Notes: a model not told the origin generated them from the letters alone. 42,533 bases of DNA from Octopus bimaculoides (GCF_001194135.2 NC_068982.1:74379160-74421692), one strand, 5' to 3'; positions 12,562 to 25,860 are shown, counted from the first letter of the stretch. Numbers and translations are program-made.

Positions 12562-13195
12562 TGCAAGGGGAAGTCAAAAATTATCCGTACTTTCGCCATA
12601 ACACTTTTATTATTGTCACTGCCTTCTGCACATGCATGCTTATAGTTGGTACTATTGTAGTCACGTGATCGAAGTTTGAGCCTGATCACGTCATATTTCT
12701 TTCTGGTTTTACAGTGTAAGCATAAAAAAAAAGAACAAAGAGCAGTAATCCGAGAGATGGTAATGGCGAACCGGTTCACCATTACCATCTCTCAAGCTTG
12801 CTGAATCTTCTCGTCAGTGATGGAGGTTGACGGGCATCTTGCTCCCTCGTCGTGCGTCACGCTTTTCCGGCCACTTCTAAACTTCTCGATCCATTCATAC
12901 ATACTTCTACGCGGTAGTGCATCGTTCCTGCATTTTGCTAAAAGCCTCCGATGAATTCCAGCACCTAATACACATTTCGACCAGAGAAATCGGATCACTG
13001 CTCTTCGTTCTTTGGTGCACATTGCTAGCGGAGCAGCCATGCTTACACTGTAAAGCCAGAAAGAAAAATAGCATGATCAGGCTTAAACTTTGATCAATAG
13101 TACCAACTATAAGCGCGCATGCGCAGAAGGCAGTGTGACAATAATAAAGATAATTTATGGCGAAAGTACGGATAACTTTTGACTTTCCCCTCACA
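12560..13195 (-). mobile_element. Non-autonomous mariner derivative (fold-back of the element 5' end), flanked by TA
   Basis: Inverted arms 12560-12723 and 13039-13195 with aggggaagtcaaaa termini; TA at 12558-12559 and 13196-13197; ORF 12792-13040 is a mariner transposase N-terminal HTH (RRAVIRFLW..IHRRL..MYEWIEKFRSGRKSV); no DDD domain. Confidence 0.92.
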
Positions 13196-13978
13196 TATAA
13201 TATATATATACATACACATATATATATATTTCATCTACATTCAATACTTTCTTTCATGGTGCCATCCATTTTTATTTTATTTTATTTTATTTTATATTGT
13301 ATATTGTATATTCCATATTCTATACCCCACATTAGTTCTGCAGGAATATAAATAAAACATAAAAAACAGACAGTGTTGGAACTCTTTTAAGCAAAATAAT
13401 ATATTCCTCTATACACAATNNNNNNNNNNNNNNNNNNNNNNNNNNNNNNNNNNNNNNNNNNNNNNNNNNNNNNNNNNNNNNNNNNNNNNNNNNNNNNNNN
13501 NNNNNNNNNNNNNNNNNNNNNNNNNNNNNNNNNNNNNNNNNNNNNNNNNNNNNNNNNNNNNNNNNNNNNNNNNNNNNNNNNNNNNNNNNNNNNNNNNNNN
13601 NNNNNNNNNNNNNNNNNNNNNNNNNNNNNNNNNNNNNNNNNNNNNNNNNNNNNNNNNNNNNNNNNNNNNNNNNNNNNNNNNNNNNNNNNNNNNNNNNNNN
13701 NNNNNNNNNNNNNNNNNNNNNNNNNNNNNNNNNNNNNNNNNNNNNNNNNNNNNNNNNNNNNNNNNNNNNNNNNNNNNNNNNNNNNNNNNNNNNNNNNNNN
13801 NNNNNNNNNNNNNNNNNNNNNNNNNNNNNNNNNNNNNNNNNNNNNNNNNNNNNNNNNNNNNNNNNNNNNNNNNNNNNNNNNNNNNNNNNNNNNNNNNNNN
13901 NNNNNNNNNNNNNNNNNNNNNNNNNNNNNNNNNNNNNNNNNNNNNNNNNNNNNNNNNNNNNNNNNNNNNNNNNNNNNN

Positions 13979-14034
<56 letters not shown>

Positions 14035-14611
14035 GATAAACACACACATATATTCACATGTTCACAGCTGTTTAATTCGTGCGCTTATCACCACTGATAA
14101 TATTTCAGTTTCGTACAGATTATCTCGCAATTTATCCGACACCATGAGAATGGTGTCTTTGGCTGTGATTAGTGCCACCTTGACAAATGGAGCGACTGAG
14201 AGCAAATCCTAGATAGCTATTTAATCTGGTCTTTGCACTACACAAACCCTGCCTGTATAGAAGAAGCAGAGTTCTACACTACAAGTGAATTAAATGTTGA
14301 AGGGAAACAACTTCAACCTCCGGTGAATTACAACATGGCGACCAAGTGACTATTAAGAATTTACGTGTCCTAATCACAGACACAAGATAGTGCTGATGGC
14401 TCCAACTGCGAACAGAAACCGATATAGTATATCGATTTGTAGTTTCACCTGATTGCTTTGACAAAATGCCATTAATATATTGATCTCTTACAACCAATAC
14501 TACAAAGTGCGAGTGCGGAGAGTAGACCTTTTGTCTTGATTTGTTTTCTATAATTCCATACACACGCTGGATGTTTTATAATAATATCACATCGAATCCA
14601 TTACTTTAATT

Positions 14612-14735
14612 TGTACATTATGTTATCGACCACGGAGGAAATGAAAAATGAAGTTGACCTCAGCGGAATTTGAACTCAGACGGTAAAGAGCAGGAAGAAA
14701 TACCGCAGAGTATTTTGTCCAACGCTCTAACGAGT
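14612..14735 (-). mobile_element. SINE family B, partial
   Basis: tatcgaccacggagg...gttgacctcagcggaatttgaactcaga...attttgtccaacgctctaacga; homologous to 7528-7738. Confidence 0.75.
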
Positions 14736-14749
14736 GTCCCACTTCACCT

Positions 14750-14884
14750 TCTACTACTACTACTACTACTACTAACAACAACAACAACAACAACAATAAA
14801 AAACAGCAATAATAATGAAGAGAAGGAGGAAGCGGAAGAAGATTGTGATGATGACGACGACGACAATGATGATGATGATGATGA
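14750..14884. repeat. Compound (CTA)n(CAA)n...(GAT)n microsatellite
   Basis: Direct reading. Confidence 0.95.
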
Positions 14885-15470
14885 CATACCACAGGCTTAA
14901 GAACACTGGATTGAATGCAGAGACAGAAGGTCTAATAATCACTGCAGAAGACGGGTGTCTCACACCATCGCATCATCAAGGATGGAACAGATCCACAATG
15001 CAGGATCTGTGGAGAATATGAAGGAATCATCAATTACATTGTCTATGAATAGTTGGAACGAGCAAAGACCAACTAGATTTCACAGACATACCAAAGCAGC
15101 GGCGTGCGTACAAAGGAAAATATGCAGCAGTTATAAAATAAAAACAACTGAGAAACGGTAGGAACATGCGTCAAAATTGGTCGCTGAGATCAATGAGGAC
15201 ACTATCTTCTGGAATATGCCCACCCACACTGACAGAGATATAAAAAATAATAAGCTTGACACCACTTTCGAGGACAAGAAAAAGAGGAGATCTATACTTA
15301 ATGACGTTGCAATACCTTCCGAAAACCAAGGTACAACGATCTCGCAACTGAAACAAAGTATGGGATTCGAACGCATAAACAGGACAAATAACATGGCCCC
15401 AGATATAGAAATCATACGAAGGTTCGCAATTCTATATAATCCAAAACGTAACCTTACTAAGCACAGCCCA
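14885..15470 (+). mobile_element. R4/Dong-type non-LTR retrotransposon, zinc knuckle plus restriction-like endonuclease, decayed
   Basis: TGLNAETEGLIITAED, KDGTDPQCRICGEYE (CxxC knuckle), TIFWNMPTHTDRDIKNNKLD (PD motif altered to LD), ILNDVAIP, RYNDLATE; multiple frameshifts. Confidence 0.88.
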
Positions 15471-16000
15471 CAAACTTTTAATTCAAATGCACAACTCAAT
15501 GAGTAAGATCTCTGGTCACAATACATACCCTAAACACTCAGCTTCAATGAAATAACACAACTCACTCAACGTATATTTCACAGAATCACACCGCAAACAA
15601 CTGAGCGCAAGCCACACGGCGCATTCTCCACACAACTATCATCCAGTACGATAACAAAACACATGTTCTTACATACATACTATAACAAATATCCGATACT
15701 ATAACAACAACAACAACAGCAACAGTAGCAACAACAACAGCAGCAATCCATATTTTATGTAATTACTACTCAGTTATATACGCAACACTCAACACATATT
15801 CTACACAATCACCACCCGACGCTACAGCACATACCACAAACCCGTACAACGCATACTGTACATAATCACCACCCGACATAACACACTCACCAATTGACAA
15901 AATAATACAACACACACTCACAGAGCATAATCCACGCAACATATAGACAAAACTCCAAAGTATCACAGGAAACAACAAAGACAGATGCAGTAATAGAAAA

Positions 16001-16095
16001 GATAATAGCGTCATACACCTCAAAAGATGATAGCGTTATACACCTCAAAAGATAATAGCGTCATACACCTCAAAAGATTATAACGTTATACACCT
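16001..16095. repeat. 25-bp minisatellite, about 3.8 copies
   Basis: Unit gataatagcgtcatacacctcaaaa starting at 16001, 16026, 16051 and 16076 (partial). Confidence 0.95.
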
Positions 16096-16399
16096 TGGAG
16101 TGCTGCAGAAACTTGCATAAAGCTGTTGAAAATACGACGACATATAGTCACATTATTATTATTAATAATGATAATAATTTCTTTATTCACCACACAGGGA
16201 CTTTGGGACGACATTACAATAAGAAATTGCCAAACCAGTGGTGGTGGTGGAGTGGGGTGGTGGNNNNNNNNNNNNNNNNNNNNNNNNNNNNNNNNNNNNN
16301 NNNNNNNNNNNNNNNNNNNNNNNNNNNNNNNNNNNNNNNNNNNNNNNNGTATGGTGACGGTTGTGGTGATTAGTGGTGGCAGGGGTTGTGGTTAAGGGT

Positions 16400-16521
16400 G
16401 AAGAAGAAGAAGAAGAAGAAGAAGAAGAAGAAGAAGAAGAAAAAGAAGAAGTAGAAGAAGAAGAAGAAGAAGAAGAAGAAGAAGAAGGAGAAGAAGAAGA
16501 AGAAGAAGAAGAAGAAGAAGA
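16400..16521. repeat. (GAA)n microsatellite
   Basis: Direct reading; source of the poly-E/poly-L ORFs. Confidence 0.97.
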
Positions 16522-16689
16522 AGGAAGTAAATTAAGAAAAGGAAGAAAGCAATACTATTATAGATATCTTCACCAATGTTTTGAGGTATATAGCATAAAA
16601 TTATCGATTCTTTCTGCAATTTTATTACTATGGTAACCATCATATAGGTTTCAACTGGTGTTCACGCATAGATATGTCGTCATCTGCAT

Positions 16690-16708
16690 GCAGATGTGTG
16701 TATACGTA

Positions 16709-16750
<42 letters not shown>

Positions 16751-16870
16751 ATATATACACACGCATATGTATGTATTCATGTATTTACACACACGCATAC
16801 ATGTGTGTATGTGTATACACACATACATGTGCATGATACATACGTATATATGTATGTATATGTATGTATG

Positions 16871-16915
<45 letters not shown>
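16690..16915. repeat. (TG)n/(TATG)n compound microsatellite
   Basis: Direct reading. Confidence 0.95.
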
Positions 16916-17814
16916 TTATGTGCATTGAGAGAGACAGACTGATAAATATAAACATTTACTTTATATCCATACTTAAGTAGTCACTTAAATTTACATTGTG
17001 TAATTGTCCACTTCAACTGACACTGGGAAGTAGAATCGAACAGAATAGAGAAAGAGAGAGGGGGAGAAGGAGAGAGAGGTGAGAGAGAGAAGGAGAGAGA
17101 GGTGAGAGAAAAAAGGGGAGGTGGGAGGGTAGATGTTGCTGTTTTGATTGAAATGTTGTGAGGTTATACAATTCTGCGGAGATGGAATAGACGACTGGTC
17201 ATAACGTTCACCTCTCAACAGAATAACCCTAATTTAAGATTTTACCACTGGTGTTGCCTTAGTTACTTGGCTATGGAGTAGATAGATGATGGCAGATAGT
17301 GGAAATACAGAAGGGACATAGGATATATGAGCAAGACATTATACATTCCTGTCCTTTGTTCAATGCATTTGTAGCTCTATAGGCCCAAATTCCACCCCCA
17401 TCAACCGTCATACATTTTGGCAAGGGTCATCTTAACATCATTAGAGGCTTACAGGAAAACAATTCGCTGGAGCCCTTGTTTACACAACCTAAGCGTATTT
17501 AAATTAACGCTAGCACCCCCGCTAGACCAGTCAGGTCCTCGGGGAACTGTCCAGTGTACCCCTACCATGAAACGGTACTGATTCTGGACGATATCCAAAC
17601 AATGGATATCAAAGAGGTAAGTTTTCACTTACACGAATATTATTACAACCATGGACCCATCGACATATTATCAAGTCTTCCTGTTTCTTCTACAAATTTT
17701 ACAATGATCTCTGCTCTTTTACACTAACGGACTGTAGATCCCCCCCCTTCTGAACATATTCCTTGCGTCCTTTCCATAACTGCATAATTGCGGTGTGTCA
17801 TCTTAATTGTTCCA

Positions 17815-18020
17815 CCCTAAATACATCAGCCATATGTGAAGAACTGCAAGAACCTGTGAAGAACTGCAAGAGTCATGGATATTGTGTTTCCTACCATAAC
17901 TAACTTATAATATACAAACATATACTTATATGCTTCTATTCACAAAACATATAGATATGTAGGTAGGTAGGTAGGTAGGTAGGTAGGTAGGAATGTTGGT
18001 AGGCAGGCAGGTGAATGGAT
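17815..18020. repeat. Diverged copy of a block also present at 20632-20890, followed by (GTAG)n
   Basis: caagagtcatggatattgtgtttc...caaacatatacttatatgcttctattcacaaaacatatag is nearly identical to 20712-20800. Confidence 0.85.
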
Positions 18021-18251
18021 GGATAGATAGCTTACAACTAGTTTTAATTGTAGTGAATCATCTTAACTACCACTCTAAATACTTTACTCACCTCAACAAA
18101 CTGGAAGCTCTGAAGCATCCACCAATTTGTGTAGACAGAACGTAAATCGCAAAATTTGGTTGGAAAGGTCACAGAGTTTGAAATCATTGCTTCTATTCCT
18201 TGAACAAAGCAGTGGTCTTTTGATTTAGACTCGAGATAAGCAATTTTTAAG

Positions 18252-18430
18252 GCAGTTGGGGTAAGATCACATCGACTGGTACTTGGCTAATACTTCATTT
18301 TATCGACCCTGAAAGGATAAAGGGCAAAGTTGACCCCGCGGCGGCATTTGAGCGCAGAACATGAAGAGCCGGGAGAAATACTGAAAGGCATTTTGTCCGA
18401 CGCTCTAATGATTCTGCCAGCTCACCGCCC
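18252..18430 (-). mobile_element. SINE family B
   Basis: ttatcgaccctgaaaggataaagggcaaagttgacc...gattctgccagctcaccgcc. Confidence 0.85.
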
Positions 18431-18539
18431 CACGAAACTAAATAATACTAATAAAATGGTCAGAAAGATAAATAAAAAAGATGTGGTACTGAGTCCTTGG
18501 ATAAGTCATTCAATGTCTTATGTTCTAAGAAGCTGGAAG

Positions 18540-18704
18540 AAGAGCAAGTAAAAGCAAAACATGAAAGAGAGAGAGAGAGGGGGGAGGGAGAGAGAGACAG
18601 AGACAGAGACAGAGACAGAGTGACAAACAGACAGAGGCAGACAGACAGACAGACAGACAGACAAACACAGACAGATACAAACAGGTAGACACAGACAGAC
18701 AGAC

Positions 18705-18764
<60 letters not shown>

Positions 18765-18767
18765 AAA

Positions 18768-18800
<33 letters not shown>

Positions 18801-18900
18801 CAGCAGCAAGAAGAATGATGATGAGGAGGAGGAAGAGGAGGAGGAGGAGGAGGAGGAGGAGAAGAAGGAAGAAGAGAAGGAGGAGGAAGAAGAGAAGATG
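18540..18900. repeat. Compound (GA)n/(GACA)n/(TAG)n/(GAG)n microsatellite
   Basis: Direct reading; (TAG)n about 18706-18798. Confidence 0.96.
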
Positions 18901-18924
18901 AAATTTATTGCGAGAGTTATCTAA

Positions 18925-19091
18925 AAGCATTTGCTTGGAATATACGTATGCAGTCATTTACCGCCATGGCTCTTTACGTTTTGAGTTCAAATCCTATTAA
19001 GGTCAACTTTGCTTTCCATCTTTTCGGGATCGATAAAATAAAGTACTACTCGAGTAATGGGTTCAATATAATCCGCACTTTGTCTGCAAAT
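18925..19091 (+). mobile_element. SINE family B, decayed, cut by N gap
   Basis: tacgttttgagttcaaatcctattaaggtcaactttgctttccatcttttcgggatcgataaaataaagtac. Confidence 0.78.
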
Positions 19092-19721
19092 NNNNNNNNN
19101 NNNNNNNNNNNNNNNNNNNNNNNNNNNNNNNNNNNNNNNNNNNNNNNNNNNNNNNNNNNNNNNNNNNNNNNNNNNNNNNNNNNNNNNNNNNNNNNNNNNN
19201 NNNNNNNNNNNNNNNNNNNNNNNNNNNNNNNNNNNNNNNNNNNNNNNNNNNNNNNNNNNNNNNNNNNNNNNNNNNNNNNNNNNNNNNNNNNNNNNNNNNN
19301 NNNNNNNNNNNNNNNNNNNCTAAGTCCTTGAAACAAATTAAATAAAATATCGATATTAAGGAACAAATGGAAATTCTACGAAAATTTTTCCTAACGCTTC
19401 TACGACCGTTAAGAAATGGGATAAATAGACTGGTGAAAGATACATTTGAAAATATTAGAATTTGAAGACTTGTTCTGTATAATTGTGGGAAAACTATCTT
19501 AAAAATATATATGGAAAAATTAAGATTTTTCATTCTAAAATTTAAACTAAATTAAATTTTATAGGTAGCTATGAAGCATTCGTCTTTGATCTTAACGCTC
19601 GAAGTTCAAATCCGACACACACGAATGCAAAATAGAAAAAAAGTAGAGTTTGCGTACATTTAGATTCGTGTTTATAAAATGTTTAATTTAATTTAAATTT
19701 AAAGATAACGAATTGACTCGA

Positions 19722-19908
19722 TGGTTTGAGCGTTAGATAGAATGCATTGTAGTATTTGATCCGGATTACTACGCTCTGAGTTCAAATCCTGTCGTCTTTG
19801 GCTTTCTTCTTTTTAGGTGTCAATCTACCAGCACGGTAGATTGGCAGAACTGTTAGAAGGTCTGACAAGATGTCTTGCGGTGTCTCTTCCGGATTTTTGT
19901 ATTCTGAC
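19722..19908 (+). mobile_element. Two decayed SINE family B heads in tandem (about 19722-19822 and 19838-19908)
   Basis: cgttagatagaatgcattgtagtattt...acgctctgagttcaaatcc and ttggcagaactgttagaaggtctgacaagatgtcttgcggtgtc...tattctga align to the family B head. Confidence 0.6.
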
Positions 19909-20799
19909 AGCAATGCCTGTAATGGCAATGATACCGATCTGTGTCAACCCAGGTCGAACATCTTTTCTTTGGGTAAATATCAGTGGTGTCGGGAGGAAAG
20001 ACTTGCATGAATGGGTAACTTTCAATCTTTCTAAAGGAAAAAAGATACTTACTCATTCCTTCACATATGTGTGCAGATTCATGGTCAACACCTACAAAGA
20101 ACCTATAAATTTTATTTAATTTTACTTTTTTATCCAGAAACCATTTCTCTATAAGTCCTGTAATTCATAGCTGTTGTCTTCTAATAGGAATAACACTCAT
20201 AATACTAGTCAATGTCTGTCTACTACAACGTAAATCTCCACTAATACAACAGAAGCCCAATTATCTAACGGAGCCCAATTTATCTAACCAATCTCCTTTA
20301 TAAAGTTGTTTATCTCCGTTTATAAAAACCTGTCAACCAAAACTTACGTCTAATTTATCAATCAAGCTGTTTACATCCTTTTATAGAACTTTCAATATCC
20401 AAATATCCACTGACCTGTCTTCTTCAGTTCATTTATCTACATCCTTCCATTTTTAAGTCGAGCTCAGACTTAACATTTAAGTAGTAAACCTAAGACACGA
20501 TCCGACTTCACCCACCTAGTACTTGGCAGTTTTTTGTTTTTCAGCAGAGTTCCCTCTGTTACAAGCTTCCGCACCAGATCTCAGATCTCTTATCACCATC
20601 TTCTTTCTATGCAGACAATAACCTTTAAATGCTTAAACTGGACATCAGTCATATTGTATCCAGGCTGGATACAATATGACTGATGTCCATGCAAAATATG
20701 ATAGTGTCCATGCAAAAGTCATGGACATTGCGTTTCTTAACACAACTAACTTTTAAAATACAAACATATACTTATATGGTTCTATTCACAAAACATATA

Positions 20800-21400
<601 letters not shown>

Positions 21401-21754
21401 ATATATACAATGGACTACAAATATAATTGTGTACAAAAACTAAGGTGGTCGATCTTACAACATCATCTTCACCTTTCAAACAAGTATTCACCCAGCATGA
21501 ACAGTGTCAGACTTCATCGTACAACGTTATAATATCTACTATTACATGTGTCTACTTCCTATTTCAAGATCTTTATTTCCATTTCAAAAACGTGTCTTCT
21601 TCCGCTTACAAAGCAGTCTTTCTTAATTCTTAGTGATTAACATTAAAATGGCTTCCGTTCTAAACATTGTGAACAATCCCAGATGACACTATACATAACC
21701 TTTTGTTTTTATTACTAATGTCACCTGTAAATAATATATCTGTCTATCAATTTA

Positions 21755-21757
21755 TCA

Positions 21758-21825
<68 letters not shown>

Positions 21826-21947
21826 GTCTGTCTGTCTGTCTGTCTGTCTATATATACATGAATATATAATATATGTATTTGTATGTGTGTGTGGACAGAC
21901 AGAGAGATACATAGATAATAGAAAAATAGATGAAAAATAGATACGTA

Positions 21948-21991
<44 letters not shown>

Positions 21992-22345
21992 ATAACTGTG
22001 TTTGTGCGTCTGTAAGATTGTATGAATGTCTATTAGTTTGTATATATATATATGTATATATATGTGTGTATATATATATTTGTGTGTATCGATATACCTT
22101 TATGCATACATTTGTAATATATATATAATATATATATATGTCATACGTATATGTATATATGTGCATGTATATATGTGTGTGCATATACATGCATGTATAT
22201 ACATATATATATATATACACACATTTGAGTGTGACCTTTAATCATTTATAATATATTGTACTGGTTTTCATATTTAATTATATGTATATACACATATATA
22301 TGTACCTGAGTATATATAAGTTTGGGTATGCGAATATATTTCTAC

Positions 22346-22403
<58 letters not shown>

Positions 22404-23444
22404 TCATACACGAACATATATACATACATATATGCACACAGACACATATCTATATATATGTGTGTGTTTATACAAATATACACGTAGGAAGACAAAGAAC
22501 TATGAATAGATGAGAAAAGCAAGAAAAAGCAAGATAAATATTAAATATTGTTTATTATTGTTAATTAAATGCCATACGTGCAATGGAATGAAACAAATTA
22601 CATCTTCGAAATATGTCGATAGAACATTTCTCTAAAGCAGTATAGAAGTTTCTTGTAGTTCTTGGAGAAAGAAAGAAAGAAAGAGAGAGAGAGGGGGGCG
22701 AAAAAGAAAGAGAAAGAGAGAGAGAGCGGAGCAGATGGAGGAGGAAAGGCAGACAGAAAGTGAGGAAGAAAGAACGTGAGAAAATTGTAAAGAACAAAAA
22801 AGAAGAAACCAAGCAAGAAAGAGACGAATATGAATGATAGAAAGAAAGAAAGAAAGAAACAAACAAACAAACAATGAATGAAATAAAGAAGGAAAGAAAG
22901 ATGAAGAGAGACGGGCTACAAGAAAATAGAGAGGAGAGAGAGAGAGACAATGTTAAGAGAGATAAAGGGATGATGAATTGTATTTGAGAAGATTGCTAGT
23001 AGTTTTAAGTCAACGATCATTTTGGTTAAGATGGCGTCGTTGAAACCCTAGTGTTTTCGATGACGCTTTGTTTAATGTTAGCAGCTATTGTTTCTTCGTA
23101 TTTCTTCAGTTTTGTGTTTTATAGTTTCTTTTATTGTTGTTTCGTTGTTTTCTGAGTTTATTTCATTTTATTTTATTTATCTATTTATTTATTTTGTCTT
23201 CTGTTGCGTTATGAATTCCGTACGTATAATTTAATAAACATGATATTGTCTAATAATTGGTAAAGAGAGGAAGTGAGAGGGGACGGGAAGGATACAGAAA
23301 GACAGAGAGAGACACATATATGCATACATATGTACGTATTTGCATACATTCATCCATACATATGATGCACATATAATACGAACGTATATGTTTCCATTCA
23401 AGAATTTACGCTCATATGTAAATATATACATATATGTACATACA

Positions 23445-23478
<34 letters not shown>

Positions 23479-24048
23479 CGCACGTACATCCAGCATATAT
23501 ATGCACGCACTTTCATACATACGTACAGATGCACGTATATACAGACATACATGAATTCATTCATACATACATACACACGTACGTACTTACATGTACACAT
23601 GTATATATGCACCCGTACGTACACACATATATACATCTATAAATGCAATACTATACATATATATATGCAATGGTGCATACATATACATAAACATATATGT
23701 GTACAAATACATAGTATATACATACATACATATGTACTGATGTACATGCACATATATACACATAGAGGCATACATACACACATACATGCAAAGGTACACA
23801 CATACGTATACTTGAGCAGATATGCATTCAAATAGTCTTTCTTCTTCACTTGAGCACTCAATCTCTGAAAAGGTCGTAGAGGCAACATTGTAAGAAATGA
23901 CTTGTCTTGGAAATTTTAAAACAGCCGGTACCCATTCTTCGACAGAATTCACCAGAGACTATTTCTTCCAGAGTGAAATCAATCAAACAAGAGAGAAGAG
24001 AAAGGGGGAGAGAACAACGAGAGATAAAGAGGGAGAGAGAGAGAGAGA

Positions 24049-24107
<59 letters not shown>

Positions 24108-24130
24108 AGACAGAAAGAAAGAGAAATGTA
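21755..24130. repeat. Microsatellite-dominated tract: (CTAT)n, (TA/TG)n, (CA)n, (GAAA)n, (CATA)n, (GA)n with short non-simple spacers
   Basis: Direct reading; the long ORFs here are repeat translations. Confidence 0.85.
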
Positions 24131-24213
24131 TTTCTTTGCAATATATATGTGTGTATGTATGTATATAACTCATTTGACAAGGTGATTGTGTATAGGTAAT
24201 TAGCCCAGGAACC

Positions 24214-24860
24214 TCAAATGGAGAATCCTTGGAATGATTCACATATTTTCACTCTACCGTTAATTGGTTGTGTTTGAAGAATGCTAATCAGTTTGCTGCT
24301 TTCTTCTTTCTTTTTAAATCCCATCATTTTTAGGTTTTTATGTACATCTATTGTTATGTAGCTCAGTGAACTTAAGATAACAGGAACAAATGAATATCTG
24401 TAACCTGGTAACAAGACCTGTACATTCCTCATTAATTCTTCTTAGATATTCTCCTTTTTACCGATTTTGGACGAGACATTCACGTCCGTCGCACAGCTTG
24501 TCTCTACAACAATGCATGATTTTTTTCTTTGTGTGCCCGCGATAGAACAGTAAGTATATGGCAAATTGTGTCTACTGCAGTTTGATGTTTTTATTGCAAC
24601 GTTCCACCAGTATTATTTATTTTTAAATGTCAATTTATATTCTGGCTCTTGTGTACCATGGGCTGGCCATCAAGGCAATTCTTCCAGCAGATATTGCAAA
24701 CAGCTTTCGCGACAGTGTCAAGTTTGTGCGGACATTCTTGTACAGTTTCTGATGGTATGGATATTATTTTCCGCAGTGATATAGTACAGCCGACATTTTC
24801 TATCACAACGTGTTGATTTACAACAATCTTTATCTCTATGTATGTCCTCTTCTATTTTTA
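24214..24860 (-). mobile_element. RLE-clade (R4-like) non-LTR retrotransposon 3' end: zinc knuckle plus endonuclease, decayed, different subfamily from 14885-15470
   Basis: Minus strand CDRKCRLYYITAENNIHTIRNC (knuckle remnant), YWWNVAIKT..RHNLP, CIVVETSCATDVNV..KKENI, MRNVQVLLPGYRYSFVPVIL..LQ..GRVKICESF to the stop at 24214. Confidence 0.85.
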
Positions 24861-24906
24861 TTTGACGTTATTCTGTAAGGTAGGAGATGCTTTCTATCAA
24901 GGATAC

Positions 24907-25211
24907 AAAGCTCCATCATTGCAACTTAGATAACGAAACATCACATTTTGAACTTGTGAAAAGTCTAGTAAGCTTTTATTGTTCCACTTAGAGATTATAT
25001 TTGTAATGTGTATGTTAGTCTATATGCCTGTTTATAAGTGTATGAACGTTTCTAAATCTTTTATTCATTTATCTATTAGAATTATTCTTAGAAAGGGATT
25101 TGGTTGCTAAATAATAAACAAAAGCTCCATCGCTGAAATTTGGATAACAACGACAATAGTTATTGCATATTGAACTTTGGAAAGCTTTGCATACTATTAC
25201 TGTCCCACTTA
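24907..25211. repeat. Two diverged direct copies of an approximately 85-90-bp unit (24907-24990 and 25121-25211)
   Basis: aaagctccatc...aacttagataac...ttgaactt...ttattgttccactta versus aaagctccatc...aatttggataac...ttgaactt...tattactgtcccactta. Confidence 0.75.
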
Positions 25212-25602
25212 CCGATTTTCATAAAGTGTATGATAGCTGACTTCTTTATTTACTCCAAAATGCGGTTTTTTTTCTCCTTTTTTTTTTTGGATGTTCGTTC
25301 AAGCATTCAATAACATAACTGAGTGCTCGAAACATTACTGGTATAAATGTAAATTTATGAAGAGAGTAGAAGAGTTGCACTTGGTAAACATTTTGATAAG
25401 AATATTCCATCAATACTCTTAGTGTTCATATGTATGTATTTATGTATGTATGTACGTTTGTACGTATGTGTGTACATATGTATGTATGTACGCATGTACG
25501 CATGTACGTATGTATGTATGTATGTATGTATGTATGTATNNNNNNNNNNTGTATGTATGTATGTATGTATGTATGCATGTATGTATGTATGTATGCACGC
25601 GT

Positions 25603-25860
25603 AGGCACAGGCATGGCTGCGTAGTAAGAAACTTGTTTCCCAACCATATGGCTCCGGGTTCAATCCCACTGCGTGTCAGATTGGGCAGCTTGTGTCATTG
25701 TTTGCCCTTCACCATCACTTCACAACTGATGTTGATATGTTTATGTCCCCGTAATTTAGTGGTTTGGTAAAAGAGTAAGATAGGATAAGTACCACGCTTA
25801 CAAAGTATAAATCATGGGGTCGATTCCTTCGACTAAAACTCTTTAAGGTAGTGCTCCAGA
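25603..25860 (+). mobile_element. SINE family A with internal deletion (tRNA head joined to 3' module)
   Basis: ggcacaggcatggctgcgtagtaag (A-box-like), ggttcaatccc (B-box), then ttatgtccccgtaatttagtggtttgg...ggggtcgattccttcgactaa...gtgctccag. Confidence 0.85.

Noticed and set aside
14040-14600. Unique-looking sequence with a possible acceptor near 14118
   Set aside because: All three frames stop shortly after the acceptor; no homology recognised.
16001-16095. CRISPR-like regular repeat
   Set aside because: Units are contiguous with no unique spacers, no cas genes are present, and the context is eukaryotic; it is a minisatellite.
17503-17622. Open frame (NCPVYPYHETVLILDDIQTMDIKE) ending at a strong AG|GTAAGT donor-like site
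   Set aside because: No convincing acceptor, no recognisable homology and no partner exons; such a site is expected by chance in 42 kb. RNA-seq would be needed.
19817-20119. 100-aa ORF with ordinary-looking composition
   Set aside because: Its 5' part is a decayed SINE B head; no ATG at the start of the frame and no recognisable domain.
20400-20600. Possible RTE 3' remnant on the minus strand
   Set aside because: Only vague resemblance; no conserved peptide could be read.
22561-22680. Minus-strand polypyrimidine tract plus AG followed by a short open stretch
   Set aside because: The pyrimidine tract is a microsatellite; the peptides resemble nothing recognisable.
23820-23980. Non-repetitive island open in several frames
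   Set aside because: Short, flanked by microsatellites, with no motif or supported splice pair.
25603-25680. tRNA gene
   Set aside because: Has A and B boxes but no complete cloverleaf and continues into the SINE body; the same holds for the other SINE heads.
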